Shown: in pieces, positions 28,159 through 36,809 of the stretch | How positions within the stretch are numbered: the stretch's first letter is position 1 | How the letters are laid out: every line of letters begins with the position of its first letter | Assembly (NCBI GenBank): GCA_039587475.1 | Contig: JBDHIK010000300.1 | Coordinates: forward strand, 39,450-103,449 | Direction of reading: 5' to 3' | DNA length: 64,000 nucleotides | Origin: Gemmatimonadota bacterium | GTDB lineage: Bacteria > Gemmatimonadota > Gemmatimonadetes > Gemmatimonadales > GWC2-71-9 | Notes under the pieces: model-generated | What the model was told of the DNA's origin: nothing | What the model saw: the letters and a program-made list of their open reading frames with translations, nothing else | Database searches by the model: none | Program-made: the position numbers and the translations under genes

Positions 28159-31080
28159 ATGACGTCGAACGAACTGAACGAGCGGGTCACCGCTGCCCGG
28201 GACCAGGTAGAACGACGAGGGGAGACGTTCTACCCGGGTCCCAGCCGGATCCACCTCGCCGCGTTCCCGCCAAAGGAGCGCTGGGATGATTGGGTCGAGC
28301 TGGACTCGAAGGCATGGCCCGAGGCCAGCGAGCGGCGTTATACCCTGATCCCCACGACCTGCTTCAACTGCGAGTCCGCGTGCGGCCTGCTGGCGTACGT
28401 AGACCGCGACACGCTCGGGGTTCGGAAGTTCGAGGGGAATCCGGAGCATCCCGGGTCCCGGGGGCGCAATTGTGCCAAGGGACCGGCGACCCTGAACCAG
28501 ATTACCGATCCCGACCGTATCCTGGCGCCGCTCAAGCGCGCCGGGGCTCGCGGGGAAGGCCGGTGGGTCGAAGTGGGATGGGATGAAGCCCTGGACGACA
28601 TCGCGGGCCGCATCCGGAAGGCCATCCAGGAGAAGCGTCACAACGAGATCATGTATCACGTGGGGCGCCCTGGCGAGGACGGCTACACCGAACGCATCAT
28701 GGCGGCCTGGGGTGTGGACGGGCACAACTCGCACACCAACGTGTGTTCCTCCAACGCAAGAGCCGGCTACCAGTACTGGAGTGGTATCGACCGTCCCAGT
28801 CCGGATTTCGCCAACGCCCGGGTGATCCTGTTGGTGTCGGCGCACCTCGAGACCGGCCACTACTTCAACCCCCATGCCCAGCGCATCATGGAGGGGAAAC
28901 AGGACGGCGCCAAACTGGTGGTGTTCGATACCCGGCTGTCCAACACCGCCACCCACGCCGACCACTGGGTATCGCCCCATCCCGGGTCGGAGGCCGCGGT
29001 CTTTCTTGCCATCGCCAACGACCTGATTCAGCACGACCGCTACGACCGGGATTTCGTCCGTCGCTGGTGGAACTGGTCCGAGTACCTCGAGGCGGAATAC
29101 CCGGACCGGGCGGCGACGTTCGAGACGTTCGAGGAGGTTCTCAAGGAACTCTACGCCGATTACACCTTCGCGTTCGCGGCGCAGGAGTCCGGCGTGGACG
29201 AAGAGACGCTGAGAGACATCTCCCGACTGGTCGCGTCCGCGGGGACCCGGCTGGCCACGCATAACTGGCGCAGTGCCGCGGCCGGCAACGAAGGTGGATG
29301 GCAGGTCAGCCGCACGCTCTTTCTGCTGAATGCGTTGCTGGGAGCCATCGCCACCGAGGGCGGCACCACTCCCAACGCCTGGAACAAGTTCGTTCCCAAG
29401 CCCATTCACCTGCCGCCACACCCCAATGTCTGGAATCCGTTGACTTGGCCGGGAGAGTATCCACTGGCCATGAACGAGTTGTCCTTCCTGCTGCCGCATT
29501 TTCTGAAGGAGGGTCGCGGCCGACTGGATGTCTATTTCACACGCGTCTACAACCCGGTCTGGACCAATCCGGATGGGTTTTCGTGGATCGAGGTTCTGTC
29601 GGACGAGTCCCTCATCGGGATGCACGTCGCACTGACGCCCACCTGGAACGAGTCGGCCTACTTCGCCGACTACGTCCTTCCCATGGGGCACAGTTCCGAG
29701 CGGCACGACCTGACCTCCTACGAGACGGCCAACGGCCAGTGGATCGGCTTTCGCCAGCCGGTCCTGCGTGCCATGCGTGAGCGGCTCGGACAGCCCGTGT
29801 CGGATACCCGCGAAACCAACCCGGGCCAGGTCTGGGAGGAAAACGAGTTCTGGATCGACCTCACCTGGCGCATCGACCCCGACGGGTCATTGGGAATCCG
29901 CCAGTATGTGGAATCGAGATCCGCACCCGGAACGAAACTCGGCGTCGACGAATACTATGGCTATGCCTTCGAGCACTCGGTCCCGGGGCTGCCGGAGCGA
30001 GCCCAGGCCGAAGGCCTGACACCCCTCGAGTACATGCGGCGCTACGGTGCGTTCAGTGTCACGGCCAACGTGGATCCACCATACGAACGCGCGGTCCCCA
30101 CCGAGGAACTGGAGGACCCCGCAGAGTCAGCCCATGGGAGGGTCTTCACCCGGGCTCACAAGCCGCCCAATCCCAACATTGCCCCGCAGGCCGCGCCAGA
30201 GGGAGATGCCGAGGGCCGGCGCCCGGTCGGCGTCAATGTGGACGGGACGGTCCTGCGCGGCTTCCCCACTCCCAGCGGACGGCTGGAGTTCTACTCTACC
30301 ACGCTCGCCCAATGGGGCTGGCCCGAGTTTGCGCTTCCGACGTACATCAAGAGCCATGTCCACCCCGACCGGTTGGCCGACGACCAGGTCGTCCTGATTT
30401 CGACGTTCCGCCTGCCGGTGCACATCCACACCCGGAGTGCCAACGCCAAGTGGCTCACGGAAATCGCCCACACCAATCCCCTGTGGCTGCACCCGGACGA
30501 CGCGGGACCGCTCGGTGTCGGGACGGGCGATCTGATGCGTGTCGAGACGGAGATCGGCCATTTCGTCGTCAAGGCCTGGGTGACGGACGGCATCCGCCCC
30601 GGGGTGGTGGCCTGCAGCCATCACATGGGCCGCTGGAAACTCTCGGCGGAAGCCCATGGGACCATCACCGCCACGGCCGACCTGAATCATCAGGGGCACG
30701 ATTGGCGCCTGCGCCGCTCCAGCGGATCCACCAGGCCCGGCGCCGGAAGCGCAGAGGCCGCCCGGATCTGGTGGACCGACGTCGGTGTCCATCAAAACCT
30801 GACGTTCCCCGTGCATCCCGACCCGGTGACCGGACAACACTGTTGGCACCAGGCGGTGCGTGTTCGCAGGGCCCTTCCCAGCGATTGCCACGGCGACGTC
30901 TCGGTCGATAGCGCCAAGGCCGGGGCCGTTTACCGTGCCTGGCTGCAGAGGACCCGGTCGGCGCAAGAGCACTCTCCGGACGGGACCCGGAGACCGTTCT
31001 GGCTCATCCGCCCGCTCAAGCCTCCCAAGGAGGTGTTCCGGCTACCGGGGACCCCGGCTACCCGGGCAGGCTCGGAATAG
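28159..31080 (+). CDS. molybdopterin (bis-MGD) oxidoreductase catalytic subunit, DMSO-reductase superfamily (Psr/Ttr/Soe-like), no Tat signal
   Basis: ATG 28159 after GAGGAA; N-terminal FeS motif CFNCESACGLLAYVD...x26...CAKG; MopB core; C-terminal molybdopterin-dinucleotide-binding domain (...GDLMRVETEIGHFVVKAWVTDGIRPGVVACSHHMG); N-terminus MTSNELNERVTAARDQVERRGETFYPG lacks an RRxFLK Tat motif; extra ~150 aa C-terminal tail. Confidence 0.9.
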   Translation: MTSNELNERVTAARDQVERRGETFYPGPSRIHLAAFPPKERWDDWVELDSKAWPEASERRYTLIPTTCFNCESACGLLAYVDRDTLGVRKFEGNPEHPGSRGRNCAKGPATLNQITDPDRILAPLKRAGARGEGRWVEVGWDEALDDIAGRIRKAIQEKRHNEIMYHVGRPGEDGYTERIMAAWGVDGHNSHTNVCSSNARAGYQYWSGIDRPSPDFANARVILLVSAHLETGHYFNPHAQRIMEGKQDGAKLVVFDTRLSNTATHADHWVSPHPGSEAAVFLAIANDLIQHDRYDRDFVRRWWNWSEYLEAEYPDRAATFETFEEVLKELYADYTFAFAAQESGVDEETLRDISRLVASAGTRLATHNWRSAAAGNEGGWQVSRTLFLLNALLGAIATEGGTTPNAWNKFVPKPIHLPPHPNVWNPLTWPGEYPLAMNELSFLLPHFLKEGRGRLDVYFTRVYNPVWTNPDGFSWIEVLSDESLIGMHVALTPTWNESAYFADYVLPMGHSSERHDLTSYETANGQWIGFRQPVLRAMRERLGQPVSDTRETNPGQVWEENEFWIDLTWRIDPDGSLGIRQYVESRSAPGTKLGVDEYYGYAFEHSVPGLPERAQAEGLTPLEYMRRYGAFSVTANVDPPYERAVPTEELEDPAESAHGRVFTRAHKPPNPNIAPQAAPEGDAEGRRPVGVNVDGTVLRGFPTPSGRLEFYSTTLAQWGWPEFALPTYIKSHVHPDRLADDQVVLISTFRLPVHIHTRSANAKWLTEIAHTNPLWLHPDDAGPLGVGTGDLMRVETEIGHFVVKAWVTDGIRPGVVACSHHMGRWKLSAEAHGTITATADLNHQGHDWRLRRSSGSTRPGAGSAEAARIWWTDVGVHQNLTFPVHPDPVTGQHCWHQAVRVRRALPSDCHGDVSVDSAKAGAVYRAWLQRTRSAQEHSPDGTRRPFWLIRPLKPPKEVFRLPGTPATRAGSE

Positions 31081-31083
31081 TCG

Positions 31084-31941
31084 ATGGAGTTGTTCAGGGC
31101 CCTGGGCGCCCTGGCCGAGCGGCCTGATGCCGCGACGACCAGGCTGGCGGAAATCCTCGGCCTCGATCGGGCGCCGACGGCGGAGGAACACACGGCCCTG
31201 TTCCACCTGGAACTGTCCCCGTATGCCTCGGTCTATCTCAATCCCGAAGGCATGCTTGGTGGGGAAGCGCGCGACCGCGTGGCCGGCTTCTGGCGCGCGG
31301 TGGGCCAGGATCCGCCGGGGGAGACGGATCATGTCGCGGTCCTCATGGCCACCTATGCCAGCCTGGCGGACCTGGAGCAGGCAGAGCAGCAGGAGCGCCA
31401 ACAGGCCGCCTTCAGCCGCATGCGATCCGCGTTTCTGTGGGAACACCTCCTCAGTTGGCTTCCGCCGTTTCTCGATGCCGTTCAGGCCGTCGGCCCCGCA
31501 CCGTACCGCCAATGGGGCCGGCTGGTGGATGAGGCCCTCGAGACCGAGGCCCGTCGCACCACGCCTCCGGATAGTCTCTCCATGCACCTGAAACAGCACC
31601 TGCCTCTCGCCTCGTCTGATGAGGATACCGACGCGTTGCTGGCCGGTCTTCTGGCTCCGGTTCGGAGCGGTCTCGTGCTGACGGGCTCGGATCTGGTTCG
31701 GGCCGCGCGGGACACCGGGCTGGCTCGCCGGGCCGGCGAGCGCCGGTTCGTCCTGCGAGCCTTCCTGGAGCAGGATCCGTCGCGTGTCTGGCCCTGGTTG
31801 GCGGAGGAGGCGAACCGGTGGGCCATCCGGCACGAGGCTCGGCGGCCCTGGTTGGCCTCGATCGCAGCGGAGTGGGCCGCCCGCGCCCGCGCCACCGCCC
31901 GGTTGTTGAGCAGCCTCAGCCCATCTGGCGCCGGCCGCTGA
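31084..31941 (+). CDS. TorD/DmsD/NarJ-family molybdoenzyme maturation chaperone
   Basis: ...HLELSPYASVYLNPEGMLGGEA... and GETDHVAVLMATYASLADLE resemble the TorD-family E(P)xDH region; directly follows the catalytic subunit gene (3-nt gap). Confidence 0.65.
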   Translation: MELFRALGALAERPDAATTRLAEILGLDRAPTAEEHTALFHLELSPYASVYLNPEGMLGGEARDRVAGFWRAVGQDPPGETDHVAVLMATYASLADLEQAEQQERQQAAFSRMRSAFLWEHLLSWLPPFLDAVQAVGPAPYRQWGRLVDEALETEARRTTPPDSLSMHLKQHLPLASSDEDTDALLAGLLAPVRSGLVLTGSDLVRAARDTGLARRAGERRFVLRAFLEQDPSRVWPWLAEEANRWAIRHEARRPWLASIAAEWAARARATARLLSSLSPSGAGR

Positions 31942-31951
31942 TTTCTCCAGA

Positions 31952-32146
31952 TTGGGAGGTAGAGACGTGGCCTTGCAGATGAAGTCGCAGTGTGAGCAGT
32001 GCGGAACGGCCCTGGGCCTCCACGAAGCGGCAGCCATGTGCAGCTACGAATGCACGTTCTGCCCTGTGTGTGCCAAGGACATGTCGTTCGTCTGTCCCAA
32101 TTGTGGGGGGGAATTGGTTGCGAGGCCCCGGCGTACCAGTCCCTGA
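31952..32146 (+). CDS. DUF1272 zinc-ribbon protein
   Basis: CEQCG...CSYECTFCPVCAKDMSFVCPNCGGELVARPRR matches the DUF1272 CxxC x4 pattern; TTG at 31952 or ATG at 31979. Confidence 0.7.
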   Translation: MGGRDVALQMKSQCEQCGTALGLHEAAAMCSYECTFCPVCAKDMSFVCPNCGGELVARPRRTSP

Positions 32147-32185
32147 CTGACGTTCCCACCTGTTTCATCGTGGATCGCGAGTGAG

Positions 32186-33034
32186 GTGTGCCGCATGCGG
32201 GTTGTTTGTTCTGCGCTCACGCTATTGATGACCATCGGCGGCACGCTCGAGGCGCAGATTCCGTTCGATCCCTGTGTGGACAGGGAGGCGCAACCCATCC
32301 GGGGGGTGGTCGACAATACCCTCCCGTATGCCGGCGCGGCCACGGTCGCTCTCGATGGCGAGCCCGTCATCGTGTACAACAAGTCCAGCCTCAGCAGATC
32401 GTCACCGCAGGTGCGCCGGTTCATCTATCTCCACGAGTGCGGCCATCACGCGCTTCGCCACGTGTGGAAGGACGCCTCACGTCTCCGCGAGATGGAGGCC
32501 GACTGTTGGGCCATCCAGCACATGGTCGAGCAGGGGCTCGTCGAGGAGCGCAAGGTCGATGAGTTGCAGGCCGAGATCGGCGTCGCGCGTGGCATCGGAA
32601 GCCTCAAAGGCTGTATCGACGTCAAGACCGATGAGGAGTTATGGCGCCGCCGTCTGGACCTGCTTTCTCTGGCAGGCACCCATGCGTTCGATGCCATCCG
32701 GGGTGATCCCATCATCGAGGACCCCGAGCCCGGCTATTTCGAATCGACGCTCGATCTGCCTGGCATTTTCAATTGCGAGTTGACTCCCAAGGACACCTTC
32801 ACGTGTGTCATCTTCGACGGCCGAGACGAAGGTTCGGCCATCGGCCACTTCGGCACCGTGCGTTCCGTCATCGAGACCTGGTTGACGGACGACTGGCTCA
32901 CGTTCGAGCGGACGCGGGCCCGGCCGACCGAGTTGCGGCGTTTCGTGGCCCAGGCCATCGAGTCCGGTGCCCTGCTGACGCTGGTGATCACCAGCGAGTA
33001 CGATATCCGCTTCGAGTACCAGCCGGTCCCCTAG
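32186..33034 (+). CDS. secreted putative zinc metallopeptidase-like protein (HExxH motif)
   Basis: Signal peptide (MRVVCSALTLLMTIGGTLEAQ); FIYLHECGHHALRH HExxH motif followed by EMEADCWAIQ; no confident family match (ImmA/IrrE-like at best). Confidence 0.5.
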   Translation: MCRMRVVCSALTLLMTIGGTLEAQIPFDPCVDREAQPIRGVVDNTLPYAGAATVALDGEPVIVYNKSSLSRSSPQVRRFIYLHECGHHALRHVWKDASRLREMEADCWAIQHMVEQGLVEERKVDELQAEIGVARGIGSLKGCIDVKTDEELWRRRLDLLSLAGTHAFDAIRGDPIIEDPEPGYFESTLDLPGIFNCELTPKDTFTCVIFDGRDEGSAIGHFGTVRSVIETWLTDDWLTFERTRARPTELRRFVAQAIESGALLTLVITSEYDIRFEYQPVP

Positions 33035-33106
33035 CGCGCTCCCAGGGCAAGAAGCACCTTGAGGCCTGGACCAGACTCTCGAGGAGCGAGCGTGCCTGAT
33101 GCTTCG

Positions 33107-33778
33107 ATGACCCCCAAGGCTCCCGGTGAAGTGGTCGACCCCCGGCCCCTCGTCATTGGGGTCGCCGGAGGCAGCGGGTCGGGCAAGACGACCGTCGCAC
33201 ACGCCATCACTGCGCCGCTCCAACTCGACGCCGTTCTCATCGACGCCGACGCCTACTACCGGGATCAGAGCCACTTGAGCCTCGAGGAGCGCCGCCGGGT
33301 CAACTTCGATCATCCCGACGCGCTCGACATCCCGTTGTTGGCAGAACACCTGGAGCGACTGGGGGCAGGCCTCTCCATCGAGAAACCCACCTATGACTTT
33401 GCCGCCCATACGCGGACGGCCCGAACCGTCCTGGTGGAGCCTCGTGACGTGGTGCTGGTCGATGGCATTCTGTTGTTTGCGGACAGTCGGCTGCGGCCCC
33501 GTTTCGATATCAAGATCTTCGTCGATGTCGCCGCCGACGTGCGGTTCATCAGACGTTTGCGTCGCGACATGCAGGAGCGGGGACGCCAGTTGGCCGACGT
33601 GGTCGGTCAGTACTTGACGACCGTTCGCCCGATGCACCTGGAGTTCGTCGAGCCTTCCAAGCGGTACGCCGACATCATCCTGCCCGAGGGCGGGAGCAAC
33701 GAGGTTGGTGTGGGGATGATCCGTGACCGCGTGGCGGCGGAGCTTCGACGTCGGAGCCAGGCCCCGGCCACGCCTTAG
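33107..33778 (+). CDS. udk: uridine kinase
   Basis: P-loop GVAGGSGSGKTT, ...DHPDALD..., ...ILPEGGSN... uridine/cytidine kinase motifs; start at ATG 33107 within ORF 33059..33778. Confidence 0.85.
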   Translation: MTPKAPGEVVDPRPLVIGVAGGSGSGKTTVAHAITAPLQLDAVLIDADAYYRDQSHLSLEERRRVNFDHPDALDIPLLAEHLERLGAGLSIEKPTYDFAAHTRTARTVLVEPRDVVLVDGILLFADSRLRPRFDIKIFVDVAADVRFIRRLRRDMQERGRQLADVVGQYLTTVRPMHLEFVEPSKRYADIILPEGGSNEVGVGMIRDRVAAELRRRSQAPATP

Positions 33779-35358
33779 GCGTCGACGCCCTGTCGTTCAG
33801 GTCCTTCCGCCGGCAGCAGGAACCAGAAGCAACTGCCCGATCCGAAAATGGACTCGGCGCCAATGGTCCCTCCGTGCATTTCCACGAACTTCTTGGACAG
33901 GGCCAGGCCCAAGCCGGTCCCGCGCTGGCGGCGACTGGCGGAGCTGTCCACCTGGGTGAACTCCGTGAAGAGCCGGGACAGATCGTCATCCTTGATGCCG
34001 ATGCCATCGTCGGCGACCGAGACCCAGATCGCCTCCCGATTGACGAGACGAGGGGAGCTGGTGCCCTGATCGTCGGACTGGCGGGTCGCCGGCACCGGAA
34101 GGGGCACCAGGGTCCGAACCACGGAGAGAGTGATGTGGCCCTCTTCCTGGGTGAACTTGGACGCATTCGACAGGAGATTGAACAGGATCTGGCGCACCCG
34201 GTGGCCATCCGCCACGGCCATGAACGGCTCGTCGTTCATCTGAATCTGGCACTCCTGGGCCTTGCCGGCACGAAGGCTGGCGGTGTCCGCCACCGCCCCC
34301 GTCACGGCCTGGCGCAGGTCGGTCGGCGCCAGGTCCAGCTGGGCGTGCCCTGCTTCGATCTTCGACAGGTCCAGGACGCTGTTGATGAGGGAGAGCAAGT
34401 GCCGTCCATTGCGCAGCACCGACTCGAGGAAGTCGCGCTGCTGATCGTTGAGCGGGCCGGGGTGATCCGTCAGGAGCAAGTCGGAGAACCCGATGATGGC
34501 ATTGAGCGGCGTGCGTAGCTCGTGGGACATGTTGGCCAGGAACTCGCTCTTGAGGCGCGTGGCTCGTTGCAGTTCCACGTTCTTGGCGGTGAGCGCCGCT
34601 TCATTCTGCTTGAGCTCCTGCAGGACGCTGGCGCGGTCGAGTCCCAGGGCGACCAGGTCTCCAAGAGCGTCCAGCAGATTGACGTCCGCCTGCGAGAATG
34701 GTCGGCCATCGATGCGGTTGTAGGCACTGACCGTCCCGATGTTGATCCCGCCGGACCGTAGGGGGACGATGGCGCAGGATTTCAGGCGGATGGGAGAATG
34801 GGCCAGCTGATAGTCACGCAGGTCCGACTCCATGTCGGCCGACAGGACCGGCTCGTCCTCCGTGACCGACCAGCCAACCAGAGAATGGTCGGCCGGGACC
34901 AGCGAGCCGACCACGGAGGCCATCGGGCCGGAGGCGGCCACGACTTTCACGAAGCGCCCTTCCTCGACCACCATCGTGACGACCCCGGTCTCGGCCTGGA
35001 GGAGGTCCATCGCGGCATCGGCCACCTGGCCACACAACTCCAGGAACTCTCGGCCCGAAAGGAGTGAGCCGGCCAGCGAGCGCAGTGTCTCCAGTTCCTG
35101 ATTGCGCAGGTCCGCACTGAACAGGGCCGCCCGCAGACCCTCGCTGCGGGCCCGAGCCAGGGTGCGGCCGCGATGCGTTGCCAGGACGGCCATGGCCGTC
35201 GTGACCACCACCAGGAACCATCCGAGCCAATGCTGACGGGCCAGCAACACGACACCGGACCAGCCGGTGATGAGCGCGAGAATGACGATGGGGACGGGAC
35301 GGTACAACCGGCGCTCGACAAAGCGCTGCCATCGGGTGGACGGCCCTGGCGGGCTCAC
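33775..35358 (-). CDS. GAF-domain sensor histidine kinase (2 N-terminal TM helices, GAF, HisKA, HATPase_c)
   Basis: H-box ANMSHELRTPLNAI, N/G1/G2 boxes (LLSNASKF..., VADDGIGI..., GTGLGLALS); GAF segment between TM region and HisKA; no adjacent response regulator. Confidence 0.9.
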   Translation of the reverse strand: MSPPGPSTRWQRFVERRLYRPVPIVILALITGWSGVVLLARQHWLGWFLVVVTTAMAVLATHRGRTLARARSEGLRAALFSADLRNQELETLRSLAGSLLSGREFLELCGQVADAAMDLLQAETGVVTMVVEEGRFVKVVAASGPMASVVGSLVPADHSLVGWSVTEDEPVLSADMESDLRDYQLAHSPIRLKSCAIVPLRSGGINIGTVSAYNRIDGRPFSQADVNLLDALGDLVALGLDRASVLQELKQNEAALTAKNVELQRATRLKSEFLANMSHELRTPLNAIIGFSDLLLTDHPGPLNDQQRDFLESVLRNGRHLLSLINSVLDLSKIEAGHAQLDLAPTDLRQAVTGAVADTASLRAGKAQECQIQMNDEPFMAVADGHRVRQILFNLLSNASKFTQEEGHITLSVVRTLVPLPVPATRQSDDQGTSSPRLVNREAIWVSVADDGIGIKDDDLSRLFTEFTQVDSSASRRQRGTGLGLALSKKFVEMHGGTIGAESIFGSGSCFWFLLPAEGPERQGVDA

Positions 35359-35588
35359 GATCCGGGAGACTCCAGGGACGTCGGCTCAGGCGGAAGCAAT
35401 TCGTGGAACTCCGTCGTCCCGTCGGCCAGCATGACGCGAAGATAGGGCCGGCACAGTCCGCATTGGTCGCCACATCCCGTCTGAGCCATTACATCCTCCA
35501 GGGTCCAGGCCTGGTGACGTGCCAGGTCGCGCAGGTGCGCGAACGGCATCCCTTGACATACGCAATGGGTGATGTGGACGCCGGCCAC
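35355..35588 (-). CDS. BFD-like [2Fe-2S]-binding domain protein
   Basis: 77 aa with CxC...CGDQCGLC pattern of bacterioferritin-associated-ferredoxin-like domains; 4-nt overlap with the start of the histidine kinase gene. Confidence 0.7.
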   Translation of the reverse strand: MAGVHITHCVCQGMPFAHLRDLARHQAWTLEDVMAQTGCGDQCGLCRPYLRVMLADGTTEFHELLPPEPTSLESPGS

Positions 35589-35591
35589 GCG

Positions 35592-36302
35592 TCAGGGGTT
35601 GGTGGGGCGAATATCCAGCTCGCTCACCGTCGCCCGGGACGGCATGGACAAGAGATCCAACACGACGCGCGCCACGTCGTCCGGTTGGAGGATGCGCTCG
35701 AGATCCGGTTGCATCACGTCCTGATTCCTGATCAACGGGGTATCGACCGACCCCGGGCACACCGCCACGACCCGAATGCCGTCCCCGCGAGCCTCCAGCA
35801 TCAGCGCCCTGCTGAACCCGAGGACGCCGTGCTTTGACGCGCAATAGGCCGTTCCGCCCACGAAACCATTGCGGCCGGCGAGGCTGGCGATATTGATGAT
35901 CGTGCCGTGACTACGCCGCCGCATGCCAGGGAGGACCGCTCTGGTGACGAGGAACGTGCCTCTGAGATTGGTGGACATGGTGGCATCCCAATCGTCGACC
36001 GACAGGTCTTCGAGTGGGCCCATGCGCGCGATACCGGCATTGTTGACGAGGACTTCGATTGGCCCCAGGGTGCTTTGGACGGTATCCACGACAGCGGCCA
36101 CGTCCGCTTCCTGCCCAACGTCGGCTGCGCCTCCGGCCGCATCGATCCCTTGCGCCTCGAGCTCCGTCAACAACAACTCGACCGTGGCCTCATGACGGGC
36201 GCACACCCCTATCCGGTAGCCTTTGCGTCCCAGGAGGAACGCCACGGCCCGGCCGATTCCTTCCGTGGCCCCAGTGACGAATGCAGTGGATGGTCCAGAC
36301 AT
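35592..36302 (-). CDS. SDR family short-chain dehydrogenase/reductase
   Basis: TGATEGIGRA Rossmann motif, NNAG, catalytic S...YCASK triad. Confidence 0.9.
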   Translation of the reverse strand: MSGPSTAFVTGATEGIGRAVAFLLGRKGYRIGVCARHEATVELLLTELEAQGIDAAGGAADVGQEADVAAVVDTVQSTLGPIEVLVNNAGIARMGPLEDLSVDDWDATMSTNLRGTFLVTRAVLPGMRRRSHGTIINIASLAGRNGFVGGTAYCASKHGVLGFSRALMLEARGDGIRVVAVCPGSVDTPLIRNQDVMQPDLERILQPDDVARVVLDLLSMPSRATVSELDIRPTNP

Positions 36303-36312
36303 GGGCTGAAAG

Positions 36313-36651
36313 CTAATAGCGGAGGTCCGGAGGGTGAACGGGACCCCGCTCCCGGGGCACGGTCTGGCGCCGGAGATAGAAGGCGATCCGGTACGCCAGC
36401 TTGCGCACGACGAGCACCTCTCCCGGATCCAGCCAGCCCTGATCCTCGGCGACCATGGCCAGGCGGTGGAGCGCCTGGATGCGGTGCCGGGAGGCGGCGG
36501 GCCGTTCGGCGTGGAGGGCGTTCTGCACCGATCGCAGCGCCCGTGCCAGGCCGTGGGTGGGGCGGCGGGCCAGGCGCGTGGCCAAGCGGTCCAGTTCGCC
36601 CGTCAGGGCTTCCACGTAGGCGTGAAGCGCCTCCTCGCAACCCAGCCACAT
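36313..36651 (-). CDS. hypothetical protein (weak call)
   Basis: 112-aa C-terminal part of ORF 36313..36933 from MWLGCEEALHAYVEALTGELDRL...; sits in an otherwise 500-nt gap; Arg-rich N-terminal part of the ORF looks non-coding. Confidence 0.25.
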   Translation of the reverse strand: MWLGCEEALHAYVEALTGELDRLATRLARRPTHGLARALRSVQNALHAERPAASRHRIQALHRLAMVAEDQGWLDPGEVLVVRKLAYRIAFYLRRQTVPRERGPVHPPDLRY

Positions 36652-36746
36652 GCCGCCAGCATGTCGTGGCGGGCGCCTGTATCCCGTACCACAACGGCGC
36701 CGCCGGGTCCGAAAACATGGCCTCGCAGAGGGAGGCGGCACGTCAT

Positions 36747-36775
36747 TTGACATCTTCCGCGTCTGCCTCCAAGAT
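36747..36775 (+). promoter_or_regulatory. candidate sigma70-type promoter of the EF-G paralog (TTGACA -35, 17-nt spacer, weak CAAGAT -10)
   Basis: Perfect TTGACA at 36747-36752, 35 nt upstream region to ATG 36810; -10 element poor, so low confidence. Confidence 0.25.
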
Positions 36776-36809
36776 CCAGATCTCAACATCTGAAGGAGGT
36801 GGGACCGCG

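Noticed and set aside
28063-29706. 547-aa ORF on - strand
   Set aside because: Antisense to the molybdopterin catalytic subunit
28159-31080. Selenocysteine in the Mo catalytic subunit (as in formate dehydrogenases)
   Set aside because: ORF is uninterrupted; no in-frame TGA near the FeS-proximal region; the candidate ligand region reads NVCSSN (Cys/Ser)
35907-36809. N-terminal 301 codons of the 984-aa ORF containing the EF-G paralog
   Set aside because: Overlaps the SDR gene on the opposite strand and the intergenic region; real start is ATG 36810 with an AGGAGG SD
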